DNA of 64,000 nucleotides, from the NCBI GenBank assembly GCA_963816145.1, contig CAWFJP010000014.1, positions 192,001 through 256,000 on the forward strand. The letters run 5' to 3'. A program made the position numbers and the translations under genes. Below the pieces are notes generated by a model. It was not told where the DNA came from and did no database searches. It saw only the letters and a list, made by a program, of their open reading frames with translations. This stretch comes from an uncultured delta proteobacterium (GTDB lineage: Bacteria > Desulfobacterota > Binatia > UBA9968). Below, piece by piece: positions 48,162 to 58,663 of the stretch (position 1 is its first letter; each line of letters begins with the position of its first letter).

Positions 48162-48920
48162 TTAATTAGCTCTCCATACCCTCTGCGGCCGCCAGTGATG
48201 TGCTCGGTGGGCATCGACGTATTCCTGCCGGGCGAAAAGTTTGATCAGCGCCACGCCGGCGACGAAACCGCCGACATGCGCCCAAAAAGCGACTCCGCCC
48301 ATGTCGCCAACAGAAAACAAACCGCTCACCACTTGAATGATAAACCAGTAGCCAATCATCGCCCAGGCGGGCAAGGCGATCGATGTGAAGAATATGAAAA
48401 TCGGCACCAGCGCGTAAACCCTTACCCGTGGATAAAGAACCAGATACGCCCCCATCACGCCGCTGATCGCGCCTGAGGCGCCAACCATGGGAATGATCGA
48501 GGCAGGGCTGGCGATCACTTGTCCGAGCGCCGCCGCCAGGCCGGTGAGCAAATAAAACGCGATGAAACGCAGCCGCCCCATGGAGTCCTCGACATTGTTG
48601 CCGAAAATCCACAGAAACCACATGTTGCCGATTAGATGCATCCAGCCGCCGTGGAGAAACATCGAGGTGAGTAAATGGGAAGTCTGACGTCCCGGATCGG
48701 TCAAACAAGCCACGCCCTCTCCCATCGAAAAGCCGCGCCCCGGGGCGATTAAGCCGGTGAGCTCGCCGGGGATGAGGCCGAGGTTGCAGACCGACTTGGC
48801 CAGGGGAAGGTCGGCGCCGGCCCCTTGCACCACCAGCCAACTGAGAATGTTTAAAGCGATAATCGTTGCGGTGGCGATGGCGCGGCGTTGAGTTTCATTT
48901 TCATCGCGGTATGGAATCAT
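48162..48920 (-). CDS. Rhomboid family intramembrane serine protease
   Basis: SMFLHGGWMHLIGNM, GASGAISG, AFWAHVGGF. Confidence 0.93.
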   Translation of the reverse strand: MIPYRDENETQRRAIATATIIALNILSWLVVQGAGADLPLAKSVCNLGLIPGELTGLIAPGRGFSMGEGVACLTDPGRQTSHLLTSMFLHGGWMHLIGNMWFLWIFGNNVEDSMGRLRFIAFYLLTGLAAALGQVIASPASIIPMVGASGAISGVMGAYLVLYPRVRVYALVPIFIFFTSIALPAWAMIGYWFIIQVVSGLFSVGDMGGVAFWAHVGGFVAGVALIKLFARQEYVDAHRAHHWRPQRVWRAN

Positions 48921-49225
48921 GGATATCTTCCTAGCTTAAATTTGCCGAAAAGCCGAGGGGATAGGCTGTGGTCGGCGCTGCCCAGGGGGCGCTGCACAAA
49001 ATTGTTGTCGGCAAAAAAACTCTCGCGCGATCGCAAGTACAATTCGGTACGCCCCGGCGATCCTAAAGCGAGAATTACATGATCGGCGCAATCGGCAGCA
49101 AAGGGTGCGAAAAACTTTCCGCAGCTTTGGCAAATCGCGCCTTCGATTACCTTGCTGCCAGAACCAAATTTTGGCATTGCCGCTGGCCGACACTTTGCTC
49201 CAAGCTGCCACGGGGGTTAACTTCT

Positions 49226-49540
49226 ATGTTGGAGCAAAAAGCCAAGCGTGAGGAAGCTACTGCGAGATCGTCCACTACAAAGTCGCAGCCGGACTCGTCC
49301 ACGGGGCACAGTGTCATTGCGCTGCATGATCTCACACCCGGACCTGAGGCCGAGATCAGCCGACTAAAAACCCGGGTGATCGAGTTGACGGTGGAGACCG
49401 GGAATCTGCGGAACGAAAACCAAAGCCTCAAAGCGGAACTGCGGGAGATCAAGCTGGTGTTGAGCAAGGTCCAGCTCGACGAACTTCGCGGGTTCGAGAA
49501 GGTCAATTCTTGGTTGCGCTCATTGAAGTTGGTTCTTTGA
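49226..49540 (+). CDS. Hypothetical coiled-coil protein
   Basis: Heptad-rich EISRLKTRVIELTVETGNLRNENQSLKAELREIK. Confidence 0.4.
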   Translation: MLEQKAKREEATARSSTTKSQPDSSTGHSVIALHDLTPGPEAEISRLKTRVIELTVETGNLRNENQSLKAELREIKLVLSKVQLDELRGFEKVNSWLRSLKLVL

Positions 49541-49775
49541 TTTATCGAAACATTGCCACCGTTTCGCGGATTAAACTCTGACCGGCGTCCACCGTGCGTC
49601 CCATTCTTGTGGTTCAGCGCTAGCCGCCTCTCGTCGTCGCAACCCCGCGGCGATGCTCTCCTAGCTCTGGACAATCTGGTATTTTCGCCATAGATAACCG
49701 TTGCATACGCGACGTTGCCTGCGGAAGAATATCCGCATTGGCGCGGCGCTCGTGAATTACCTGAACGGAGGCGAC

Positions 49776-50870
49776 ATGAGCACGAAGGGGCGGGCGGCGA
49801 TCTATGTCGAACCGAAAAAGCCGCTGGTGGTCGATGAAGTAGAGTTCGGTGATCCTGGACCGGATCAGGTCTTGGTGAAACTGTTCGCCAGCGGCGTATG
49901 CCACTCGCAGTTGCACACCATGCAGCGGCCGGCGCGCAAGGGGCAGAGTTTGCCGGCGCTCTTGGGCCACGAGTCCACGGGTGTCGTGGTTGCCAGAGGG
50001 CGCGATGTGCGTCATGTGAAGGAAGGCGATCATGTGATCACCACCTGGGTCGATCGCGACAGCGCCACCACCAACCAGCCGATGGTAATGCATGCGCTCA
50101 ACGAGCGCGCTCAATACAATGCAAACTGGAAGGGTAAGAGTGTCATGCACTCGGCGGCCACCTGGGCCGAATATACGATCGCCCAGGAGCGGGTCGTCGT
50201 ACGCATGCCAAAGGATCTGCCGACCGACGTGACGTCGATTGTCGGCTGCGCCGTGATGACCGGGGCGGGGGCGATCGTCAATACGCTGCAAGTGCGGCCG
50301 AGTCAATCGGTCGCCGTATTCGGCGCGGGCGGCATCGGCCTCTGCGCGATTTCGGCAGCCGCCGTCGTCGATGCATATCCGATTATTGCGGTCGATGTTC
50401 ACCCGGAGAAATTGGATTTCGCCCGGCGGCTGGGCGCCACCCATGGCATCAATGCCAAAAATCTCGACCCCGTTCAGGTGATCAAAGATCTTACCGGCGG
50501 TGGCGTCGACTATGCAATTGACGCCATCGGCTTGCCGCTGACGCAGGAGCAAATCCTGCGCTCCGTGCGGCCAGGTTTCTCAGGACTCAGCCAAGGCGGA
50601 ACTGCGTTGCTCGTCGGCATCACGCCTCCCGATGCCAAAGCGCTGCTCGATACCAGCTGGTTCATCGGCAATCGCTCGTTCAAACGCACCAGCGGCGGCG
50701 ACTGCAAGCCCGACCGTGATTTCCCAATGTTTCTGCGCTGGTTCCGTGACGGCAAATTAAAGTTGAACGAGCTGATCACCAATCGCTATAAGCTCGAGCA
50801 GATCAATCAGGCCGTTGATGACTTGGAACATGGGCGGATATTGGGCCGGGCCATTTTGACGTTCGCTTGA
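49776..50870 (+). CDS. Zinc-binding alcohol dehydrogenase (MDR family)
   Basis: GVCHSQ, LGHE, GCAVMTG, VFGAGGIG; structural-Zn Cys cluster absent. Confidence 0.9.
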   Translation: MSTKGRAAIYVEPKKPLVVDEVEFGDPGPDQVLVKLFASGVCHSQLHTMQRPARKGQSLPALLGHESTGVVVARGRDVRHVKEGDHVITTWVDRDSATTNQPMVMHALNERAQYNANWKGKSVMHSAATWAEYTIAQERVVVRMPKDLPTDVTSIVGCAVMTGAGAIVNTLQVRPSQSVAVFGAGGIGLCAISAAAVVDAYPIIAVDVHPEKLDFARRLGATHGINAKNLDPVQVIKDLTGGGVDYAIDAIGLPLTQEQILRSVRPGFSGLSQGGTALLVGITPPDAKALLDTSWFIGNRSFKRTSGGDCKPDRDFPMFLRWFRDGKLKLNELITNRYKLEQINQAVDDLEHGRILGRAILTFA

Positions 50871-51122
50871 GATTAACTTAGCCGCTTGGAACGCAAAAAA
50901 GAAAAATCGGAATGTTTCCCGCAAAGACGCCACGTCGCAAAGCTAAGATGACCGTGTCATTTCAACCGGAGGGAGAAGTCTTTTTTAGATCCGCCGCATT
51001 CGGGAGGACAGTCTAAACCTCTAAACTTAGCGTCTTGGCGGGAGGAATTTCCTTATCCGAGATCGGCTCGCAATACATTTGTTTCGCCGCTAACTTCATT
51101 ACGACAGAAATGGAACAACAAC

Positions 51123-52100
51123 ATGACGACAAAACCTTCCGATAAACCTATGACCCGTTCGATCGGTAGAGACACGATCCGTTCCCGTTTGGTGCTCGAA
51201 GTGGCTGCCGAGATGATCGAGCAAGAGGGTTGGCCCAACCGTCAGGCGCGAGTGAGCTTGCGGCCTCAGGGCGCGGAGGAGTGGGCGGTGAACATGATCG
51301 CCAGCGATGGGCCGGCGGCGCTGGATATGGTCGCGCGCGGCGAGATGCAACTGGCGATTAGTAATCCGGCGATGTATTTGGCGTTGGCGCTGCGCGGCAC
51401 GGGGCCATACAAAAAGGCTATTCCCTTGCGCGCCATCACCGTCATTCCGTCACCGGATCAATTGGCTTTTGCCGTTACTGAAAAGACCGGCTTGAAGTCG
51501 CTGCACGAGATTCGCGAGCGGCGTGTGCCGCTGCGGGTGTCGGTGCGCGGCCAGCGGGATCACGCGCTGCATCCGATCACCCATGAAGTCTTGAAGGCTA
51601 TGGGTTTCTCCCTTGACGATATCGTTTCCTGGGGCGGGCAGGTGCGCTACGATGACGGCTTGCCGAGCAAAGACAACCGCTTCGGCGCGATGCAGCGCGG
51701 CGAGGTCGATATGATCATCGACGAAGCGGTGCGCGGCTGGGCCAACAGTGCGCTCGATGCCGGCATGCGCATCCTGCCGCTCGAGGAAAGTGTCTTGGCG
51801 AAAATGGAAGCGCTCGGCCTGCGTCGCGGCATTATGCCGATGGCGCGCTATCCAAAGTTGGGTAAAGATTTACCAACGTTGGATTTCAGCGGCTTCGCTG
51901 TTTATACGCACGCCGATGTGCCCGATTCAGTCATCACATCGATCTGCGCGGCCCTGGAAGCGCGCAAGGAGCGCATCGGCTGGCAGGAGCCAGGGCCGCT
52001 GCCGGTCGAAAGCGGTTGCCGCGACACCGCCGACGGGCCGCTGGTGATTCCACTGCACCCGGCGGCGGAGAAATTTTGGCGCGGGCAAGGGTATTTGTAG
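51123..52100 (+). CDS. TAXI-family TRAP solute-binding-like protein
   Basis: C-terminal IPLHPAAEKFWRGQGYL, LRAITVIPSPD. Confidence 0.65.
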   Translation: MTTKPSDKPMTRSIGRDTIRSRLVLEVAAEMIEQEGWPNRQARVSLRPQGAEEWAVNMIASDGPAALDMVARGEMQLAISNPAMYLALALRGTGPYKKAIPLRAITVIPSPDQLAFAVTEKTGLKSLHEIRERRVPLRVSVRGQRDHALHPITHEVLKAMGFSLDDIVSWGGQVRYDDGLPSKDNRFGAMQRGEVDMIIDEAVRGWANSALDAGMRILPLEESVLAKMEALGLRRGIMPMARYPKLGKDLPTLDFSGFAVYTHADVPDSVITSICAALEARKERIGWQEPGPLPVESGCRDTADGPLVIPLHPAAEKFWRGQGYL

Positions 52101-52152
52101 GGAAGAGGAAATTTCATTTTGCGCCGACCCGGCGAACGGCAAGTGGTTTCCG

Positions 52153-54561
52153 ATGCAAAACACCGTCATTGCTCCTGATGCAAGAACAGATTCCGTGCGC
52201 GGCTTCTGCGCGCTGTGCACGGCGCACTGCGCTACGATCGCGACCGTGACAGATGGCAAAGTCGTTCGGCTCGAAGCCGATGACGATCATCCCAACGGCG
52301 GGGTATTTTGCCTCAAAGGAAAAGCTGCGCCGGAACTGTTCTACCATCCGGATCGGCTCAATCATCCGCTCAAACGAACCAGACCGAAAGGCGACAGCGA
52401 TCCGGGATGGCAACGGGTCAGCTGGGACGAAGCGCTGGACGACATTGCGCATCGATTGAATGTCATTCGCGAACGTTACGGCGCCCGCGCTGTGGCGCTC
52501 GCTAAAGGCACCGGCGGGGGCACCTCGGTTTCCGATGCCGAGCGATGGCTGGCACGTCTGCTCAATCGCTTCGGCAGTCCCAACTGGACATCAACTACGC
52601 ATGTTTGCAATTGGCATAAGGACACCGGGTTCACCTACACGTTCGGCGTGGAAATTCCGACGCCGGACGTAATGCACAGCGGCGCCTTTTTACTCTGGGG
52701 GCACAATCCGAGCTCGACCTCGTTGATCCTGGCCCACGACATTGTCGCAGCGCGCAAACGCGGCATGAAGATCGTCGCGGTGGACCCGCGACGCGTCGGC
52801 ATCGCGGCGCAGGCCGACGTGCTGCTGCAAGTGCGGCCGGGCACCGACGGCGCGCTCGCGTTAGCGATGATTGACGTGGCGATCAAAGAAAGACTTTTCG
52901 ATGAAGACTTCGTGCGTCAGTGGACCAATGGCTCTTTGTTGATTCGTTCCGATACCGGCGCAGCGCTGACCGAAGCTGATTTGAGCGCGAGCGGATCGAT
53001 GGATCGATTCGTCGCCTGGGACGAAATCGCCGGCGCGCCGATCGTCTTTGATTCTGCAACCGGTAGTTATGAATGCCAAACGGCCCGCCTCGCTATTTCG
53101 GGAGAGCGCCGTGTCTGGACTAAAGATGGCAGCGCGATTTCCTGCGAGCCGGCGTTTGCGCGCCTGGCAGCGCTGGCGGCCGAGTTCACGCCAGAGAAAT
53201 CGTCATCGACTACCTGGGTGTCTGCCGACAAAGTTCGGCAAGCGGTGCGCGTGCTGGCGGCGAACCGGCCGGTCAGTATGTTTATGCACAACGGTGTCGG
53301 CCAGCACACCAATGCGACCCAAACGAGCCGGGCGATCGCGACGTTCTATGCGCTCTTCGGCGACATCGATCGCCAAGGCGGCAACGTGGTTTTTCCCAAA
53401 GCGCCGCTTAACGCGATGTCGGGGAAAGAATTTCTTCCCAAAGAAATGGCGCAGCAGCGGATTGGCCGCGAGCGCAAACCGCTTGGCCCGCCGGCCAAAC
53501 CCGGCAACTGCGCGGCCTACGATATATTCACCGCGGTGCTCGAAGGCCGGCCTTATCCGGTGAAGGCGCTGCTCAATTTCGGTTCGAACACGATCATGTC
53601 CACCGGCGACTCGCAGCGAGCCCGCGAAGCCTTCTGTGCGTTGGATTTCGGTGTTGCCGCAGAATTATTCATGACGCCCACCGCCGATCTCTGCGATTAC
53701 GTTTTGCCGGCGACGAGCTTTCTGGAAATGGCCACGGTGTCGAATGACTTCAAGCATCGCGAACAGGGTAGGCGGCATGTGCAGTATCGCCCGGCGGTGG
53801 TTGCGCCGTTGGCCGAGCGGCGTTCCGATACTTGGATCGTCTTCGAATTGGCGAAGCGGTTGGGGTTCGCCGATGACTTCTGGCAGGGCGATATCGAGGC
53901 GGCGTATGCACAAGAGTTGGCGCCCGCCGGGATCACATTGAACCAACTCAAGGCTTCGTCAGGCGGCATCACGATTTCCGCGTTACCCCGCTACCAGAAA
54001 TTCACCACGTTGGAGAAATCCGGCGCGCCGCGCGGCTTCAACACACCAGATAAGAAGGTGGCGATTTATTCGCATACTTTCGCGGCGCACGGCTTTGCCG
54101 CGCTGCCGGAGTACGTCGAGCCCCTGGTCAGTCCGATCAGCCGCCCGGATGTGGCGGAAGAATATCCGTTGGTGCTGACCAACGCGAAGTTTACCACTTA
54201 CATCCACAGCCAGCTGCGCGGCTTGACCAGTTTGCGCAAAGTGTCGCCCCATCCAAGCGCCGATATTCATCCCGAGACCGCGTCCCGTTTTGGCATCACC
54301 GACAAAAGCTGGATGATGATTGAAAGTCCGCGCGACTCGATCCGCGCCAAAGCGCGCGTCACCGACGCGATCGCACCGGGAGTGGTGTGTTGCCAACATG
54401 GCTGGTGGCAAGAATGTAAAGCGCTGGAGTTGCCCGGTTACGATTCCTACGGCGCGGGTTCGGCGAATCCGAGTTTGCTGATCGGTTCTGATATCTCCGA
54501 TCCGATCAGCGGCTCCCTGCCCCATCGGTCGTTTCTGTGCCGGGTCCGGCCGGCGGTTTAG
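52153..54561 (+). CDS. Molybdopterin (bis-MGD) oxidoreductase catalytic subunit with N-terminal [4Fe-4S]
   Basis: CALCTAHC..CLKG, HPDRLNHPLKR, VSWDEALD, PGTDGALAL, DYVLPA, HSQLR, HGWW. Confidence 0.92.
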   Translation: MQNTVIAPDARTDSVRGFCALCTAHCATIATVTDGKVVRLEADDDHPNGGVFCLKGKAAPELFYHPDRLNHPLKRTRPKGDSDPGWQRVSWDEALDDIAHRLNVIRERYGARAVALAKGTGGGTSVSDAERWLARLLNRFGSPNWTSTTHVCNWHKDTGFTYTFGVEIPTPDVMHSGAFLLWGHNPSSTSLILAHDIVAARKRGMKIVAVDPRRVGIAAQADVLLQVRPGTDGALALAMIDVAIKERLFDEDFVRQWTNGSLLIRSDTGAALTEADLSASGSMDRFVAWDEIAGAPIVFDSATGSYECQTARLAISGERRVWTKDGSAISCEPAFARLAALAAEFTPEKSSSTTWVSADKVRQAVRVLAANRPVSMFMHNGVGQHTNATQTSRAIATFYALFGDIDRQGGNVVFPKAPLNAMSGKEFLPKEMAQQRIGRERKPLGPPAKPGNCAAYDIFTAVLEGRPYPVKALLNFGSNTIMSTGDSQRAREAFCALDFGVAAELFMTPTADLCDYVLPATSFLEMATVSNDFKHREQGRRHVQYRPAVVAPLAERRSDTWIVFELAKRLGFADDFWQGDIEAAYAQELAPAGITLNQLKASSGGITISALPRYQKFTTLEKSGAPRGFNTPDKKVAIYSHTFAAHGFAALPEYVEPLVSPISRPDVAEEYPLVLTNAKFTTYIHSQLRGLTSLRKVSPHPSADIHPETASRFGITDKSWMMIESPRDSIRAKARVTDAIAPGVVCCQHGWWQECKALELPGYDSYGAGSANPSLLIGSDISDPISGSLPHRSFLCRVRPAV

Positions 54562-54668
54562 CCACGAAAGGTTTGTCGTTGTTGCCAGCGAAAGCAAAAC
54601 TCGACAATCAGATGGTTCATTAGCGGCTCAACGCGACTTGGTTTACTTTCACGGCGGCATCGTACGCA

Positions 54669-54899
54669 TTAATGCCCGTTAAGGGGATCGTTGAAATCCC
54701 TTCCCTTCAGGCGAAGCGAGGATTTGTCATACCGGCGAAAGCCGGAATCCATCTTCGCTTGTTCTGCAAGGCTGAAAGACCTGGATTCCGGCCGCGGATC
54801 GGGTCCGGGGCAAGCTCTGCGCCGGAATTACGGAAGGAATAGTCGACTTCCAGTCGATAAATTCAGAACTCATCGGCTTATAGCCGAGGGGTGTTCAGT
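54669..54899 (+). repeat. ~230-bp REP-containing repeat, copy 1
   Basis: Shares GTTGAAATCC, GATTTGTCAT.CCGGCG, ACCTGGATTCCGGCC, CTTCCAGTCGA.AAATTCAGAAC, TCGGCTTA with 55839-56070. Confidence 0.75.
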
Positions 54900-54993
54900 T
54901 ACCTTGCTTGCACGATTTGGCGATGATGCGGAATTTGTTAGATGAAGGCCCGCAGGTAAAGTTTAGGACGGGATAAAAACCCTGGAGGATACT

Positions 54994-55671
54994 ATGAGAG
55001 TGCGTCTATTTCTGCTTGTCATCGGAGCCGTAGTGATTATCGCCAGCAGCCGTTGGGAAAATATTGTTGGCGCCGCCAGCGCCCCGCCCCCAAGCATGGG
55101 CTTCTTCGTTACTAGCGCTAAGAGCAAGACCGGTAACCTTGGGGGCCTGGTAGGCGCGGACAAAATCTGCCAAACGTTAGCCGCTGCCGTCGGGCAGGGT
55201 GACAAAACTTGGCGAGCCTACTTGAGCGCGGATCGGGACCCTGCCAACAACAATAATCCAACCAATGCGCGCGACCGGATCGGCAATGGCCCTTGGTATA
55301 ATGCCAACGGCCTCATGGTCGGCAATGATCTCGCCGACCTTCATGCGCGCAGGGGAAATCCTATCTTGCTTGTCGACGAGCGTGGCCAAATGGTCCCGGG
55401 CAACTGGCCGAACTCACCCAAGCCGACCGAGCACGACGTCCTAACCGGCTCGACAGCCGAAGGGACGGTCATAGCTGGAAAAACCTGCAACAGTTGGACG
55501 TCGGAATCTCCCGACGTGAAGGCGCAAATAGGTCATATTGACGGGATCGGTCTCGTCGGCAATACGGCGGGCGCTTCTTCGTCGTGGAATTCGGCTCATG
55601 AAAATCGAAGCTGCGGCGATACCGCTCCGGGCGGTGGGGCCGGAAGATTCTACTGTTTTGCAGCGAAGTAG
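54994..55671 (+). CDS. Secreted lectin-like (DUF1554/endostatin-like) protein
   Basis: FFVTS, NLGGLVGADKICQ, WRAYLS, ARDRIGNGPW, HDVLTGS, CNSWTS, FYCFA; RBS GGAGG. Confidence 0.75.
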   Translation: MRVRLFLLVIGAVVIIASSRWENIVGAASAPPPSMGFFVTSAKSKTGNLGGLVGADKICQTLAAAVGQGDKTWRAYLSADRDPANNNNPTNARDRIGNGPWYNANGLMVGNDLADLHARRGNPILLVDERGQMVPGNWPNSPKPTEHDVLTGSTAEGTVIAGKTCNSWTSESPDVKAQIGHIDGIGLVGNTAGASSSWNSAHENRSCGDTAPGGGAGRFYCFAAK

Positions 55672-55838
55672 CTGACGTTGACGCCGAACGGCTCAAGCCC
55701 AGGCTGTTAATCGGCTCCGAGATCGGTTGTACGATCTGGAGCTCACTGCGAGGTCGACGTTTTTACTGCAACGCACTTGTGCTGGAGTTGCGGTGACGAA
55801 TTGTTTGCCTTAATTCCACGTCAGAAAAATGCGCAAAT

Positions 55839-56070
55839 TTAATGTCCCTCTCGGGGACGGTTGAAATCCTTCGCCCCTTCGAGAAACCTCGGGGCAGGCT
55901 TCTGGCGAAGAGAAGATTTGTCATGCCGGCGCAGACCGGCATCCATCGTTGCTCGTTTTTGCCAGGCCAAAAACACCTGGATTCCGGCCTGCGCCGGAAT
56001 GACGAAAGGAAGAGTCGGCTTCCAGTCGACAAATTCAGAACCCCTCGGCTTAAAGTCAAGGCTCATTCAG
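55839..56070 (+). repeat. ~230-bp REP-containing repeat, copy 2
   Basis: Direct repeat of 54669-54899. Confidence 0.75.
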
Positions 56071-56091
56071 TAGATGATTTTGTCTGTCGGT

Positions 56092-57120
56092 TTAACGAAA
56101 CGCAGGCAAAACTTCCCGCGCAAAAAGTTGCAGCATTTCGGAGTGCCGTTCGAGGCTCGGATAGATAAACTTGATCTCGAAGTGCGACACGCCCGCGTCG
56201 CTGTAAGCTTTGACTTGCTTGCGGATCTCTTCCGGCGAGCCGATCAGGCTCACTGCGGCCAATTGTTCGACGCTCATCATCCTTTCGAACGTGCTTTGAC
56301 CGATCGCGAGGGTGCCGTAGCCGTCTTGGCGCGCTTTGGCGCCGTCTTCGTCGATGCAACCGTAAACTTCGATACCGAGCTGGATTCGTTCCGGATCTCT
56401 ACCGAGTCTTTCGGCTTGTTCTTTCAACTCGCGAAAGCGCTTGCCGATATCTTCGGGCAGGAGCCATGCTGGCAGCCAGCCGTCGCCCAATGCTGCGGTA
56501 CGCTTCATCGCGGCTTCGGTCCAGCCGCCGACCCAGAGCGGCGGGTTGGGTTTCTGTAGCGGCTTGGGACAGATCTCGGCGTTTTCGAACTTGACGAACT
56601 GACCGTCGTAGCTGGCCGGATGATTCGACCAGATGGTTTTCATCGCGCGCAGATGATCGTCGGCGATCTTGCCGCGCTGTTTTCGATTCACGCCCAGCAC
56701 TTCGTACTCGCGCGATTTAATCGTCGACGGCGATCCGATGCCGACGCCGATATCGAGCCGCCCGCCGCACAGGACGTCGAGAGTGGCAATTTGTTTAGCG
56801 GCCAAAAGCGGATTGCGGCACGGGACGACGACGCAAGCGATGCCGAGACGAACTTTGCGAACTTGACCGGCGATAAATGCCAGCGAGGTCATCGCTTCAA
56901 AGAAGTCGGGGCTTGGGTTGCCGGTGTGCGAGTCGTCGGATCCCGAGGAAATATGGGTGCGATGAATTTCATCCGACCAGGTCAGGTGATCGTGCACCCA
57001 GACTGAGTCGAAACCCAAAGCCTCGACTTCTTGAGCGACTTGCAGCATCGACTGTGGCGATGCTAGCGGTCCGGAGTTGGGAATGCGAATGCCAAAGCTG
57101 ACTTTGTGCGGGCTACTCAT
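56092..57120 (-). CDS. LLM-class oxidoreductase (TIGR03619-like, probably F420-dependent)
   Basis: GFDSVWVHDH, RNPLLAAKQIATLDVL, PKPLQKPNPPLWVGG, GDGWLP. Confidence 0.88.
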   Translation of the reverse strand: MSSPHKVSFGIRIPNSGPLASPQSMLQVAQEVEALGFDSVWVHDHLTWSDEIHRTHISSGSDDSHTGNPSPDFFEAMTSLAFIAGQVRKVRLGIACVVVPCRNPLLAAKQIATLDVLCGGRLDIGVGIGSPSTIKSREYEVLGVNRKQRGKIADDHLRAMKTIWSNHPASYDGQFVKFENAEICPKPLQKPNPPLWVGGWTEAAMKRTAALGDGWLPAWLLPEDIGKRFRELKEQAERLGRDPERIQLGIEVYGCIDEDGAKARQDGYGTLAIGQSTFERMMSVEQLAAVSLIGSPEEIRKQVKAYSDAGVSHFEIKFIYPSLERHSEMLQLFAREVLPAFR

Positions 57121-57224
57121 AGTTGGAGACTCCTTGGAACTGGTAACTAATATGAAGCAGAATACGGCTTGCAACCGATTCGCTGAACATTGCGAGAACG
57201 TCGCAGCGCTGGCATAGTCGTCGG

Positions 57225-58440
57225 ATGAAGCTATCGCGATATTCAATTCTGTTTCTGTGCACCGCCGTGGCGACCATGACTTCCATCGGCATGAGCACGT
57301 TTAGTTTGTTCTCTGCCGCCGATCGAGAAAGAGTTTGGCTTGTCGCGCTCGATGGTGACGCTGCCTTACATGGTGGCGATGCTCGGATGGGCCGCGGGGG
57401 CGCTGACTTTCGGCAAATTGGCCGACGACCGCGGCTCGCGGTTGGTGGTTTTGATCGGCATCGCGCTGATGGGGGTGGGATTTGCCGGCATGGGGATGTC
57501 GCAAAACTTGTGGCAGCTATCGCTCTCTTACGGCGTCTGCGTCGGCATGGCCATGGGCGCGTGCAGTTTGGTGATCATGTCGCTTTTGGTGTCGAAACAT
57601 TTCGCCGCCAATCGCGGCCTCGCGGTGGCGGTGATTCAAACCGCGCCGCCGATGAGTCCTCTGTTGTTCGCGCCGATTATTTATTTCCTGATTCGTTCCT
57701 ATGATTGGCGCACCGCCGCGCTGTTGGTCAGCGCGTTGTTGTTCCTGATCGCCTGGCCGCTCGCATGGTTCGGCGCCCGCGATCCCGAGGGTTCGCTGCT
57801 CAGCCGCAACGCGCGGGTGGGCTGGAGCGCGTGCCTGCCGTATCTGCGCACGCGCTCGATGCGGTTATTGTTCGCCGTGCGCTTCTCGTGCGGCGTGGCG
57901 TTTTTTCAAATCGCCCATCTGGTTGCTCTGACCATGAGCAAAGGCTTCGATGCCGCCACCGGCGCCAAGGCGGTGAGCGTCTTCGGCGCCGGTGCGGTGG
58001 TGTCGGCGTTGCTTTTCGGCTGGCTGTCGGATCGCTACGGCAGACCGCGCATCTTGGGTCTGAGCTATCTCACGCGCGGCGTCGGAACTCTATTGATGGC
58101 CCTCGATATCAGCAACGCCTACGTCTATTACGCCGTAGTCGCTCTGGCGATCGGGCCGACGTTCGGCACCGTGGCGGTGGGCAATGTTTTGTTCTATGAA
58201 CTCGTCGGTCCGAAAATGGCGGGAATGGTCCTCGGTATGAGTTTTATTGTGCACCAAATCGGCTCCGCGGCCGGTCCGATGGTCGCAAGCATCACTTACG
58301 ACCGCACCGGCAGCTATGACGGCTTTTTGGTGGTGATGAGCATGGTGCTGTTGGCGTCCGGCTTGGCGCTGTTTTGGGAAGGCGAGGCCGGCGCGATCGC
58401 CGTTGATACCGCACCGCTCTCGAATCCTTCGACAACCTAA
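57225..58440 (+). CDS. MFS transporter, frameshift near 57312
   Basis: GKLADDRGSR, GWLSDRYGRP; N-terminus in a different frame (extra T in ttgttctctgccg). Confidence 0.85.
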
Positions 58441-58485
58441 ATACGATTCGCCGTATCCTTTTGAGCCGCTGGCAAGGAAAAAAAT

Positions 58486-58572
58486 CGTCACGCCGGTGCA
58501 AACCGGCGTCCATTCTGATTCACCTCCAGTCGCAATTCCAAAGATGGATTCCGGCGTGCGCCGGAATGACCG
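58486..58572. repeat. REP-like doublet
   Basis: cgtcacgccggtgcaaaccggcgtcca...tggattccggcgtgcgccggaatgac. Confidence 0.7.
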
Positions 58573-58663
58573 AAAAGAGGCGAGTTCAATTCGACGTTGA
58601 GCGAATCTCCGGATATCGAGCCAACGGTTGCTTCATTCAGAAATAGAATCGCCGAAGCATCAC

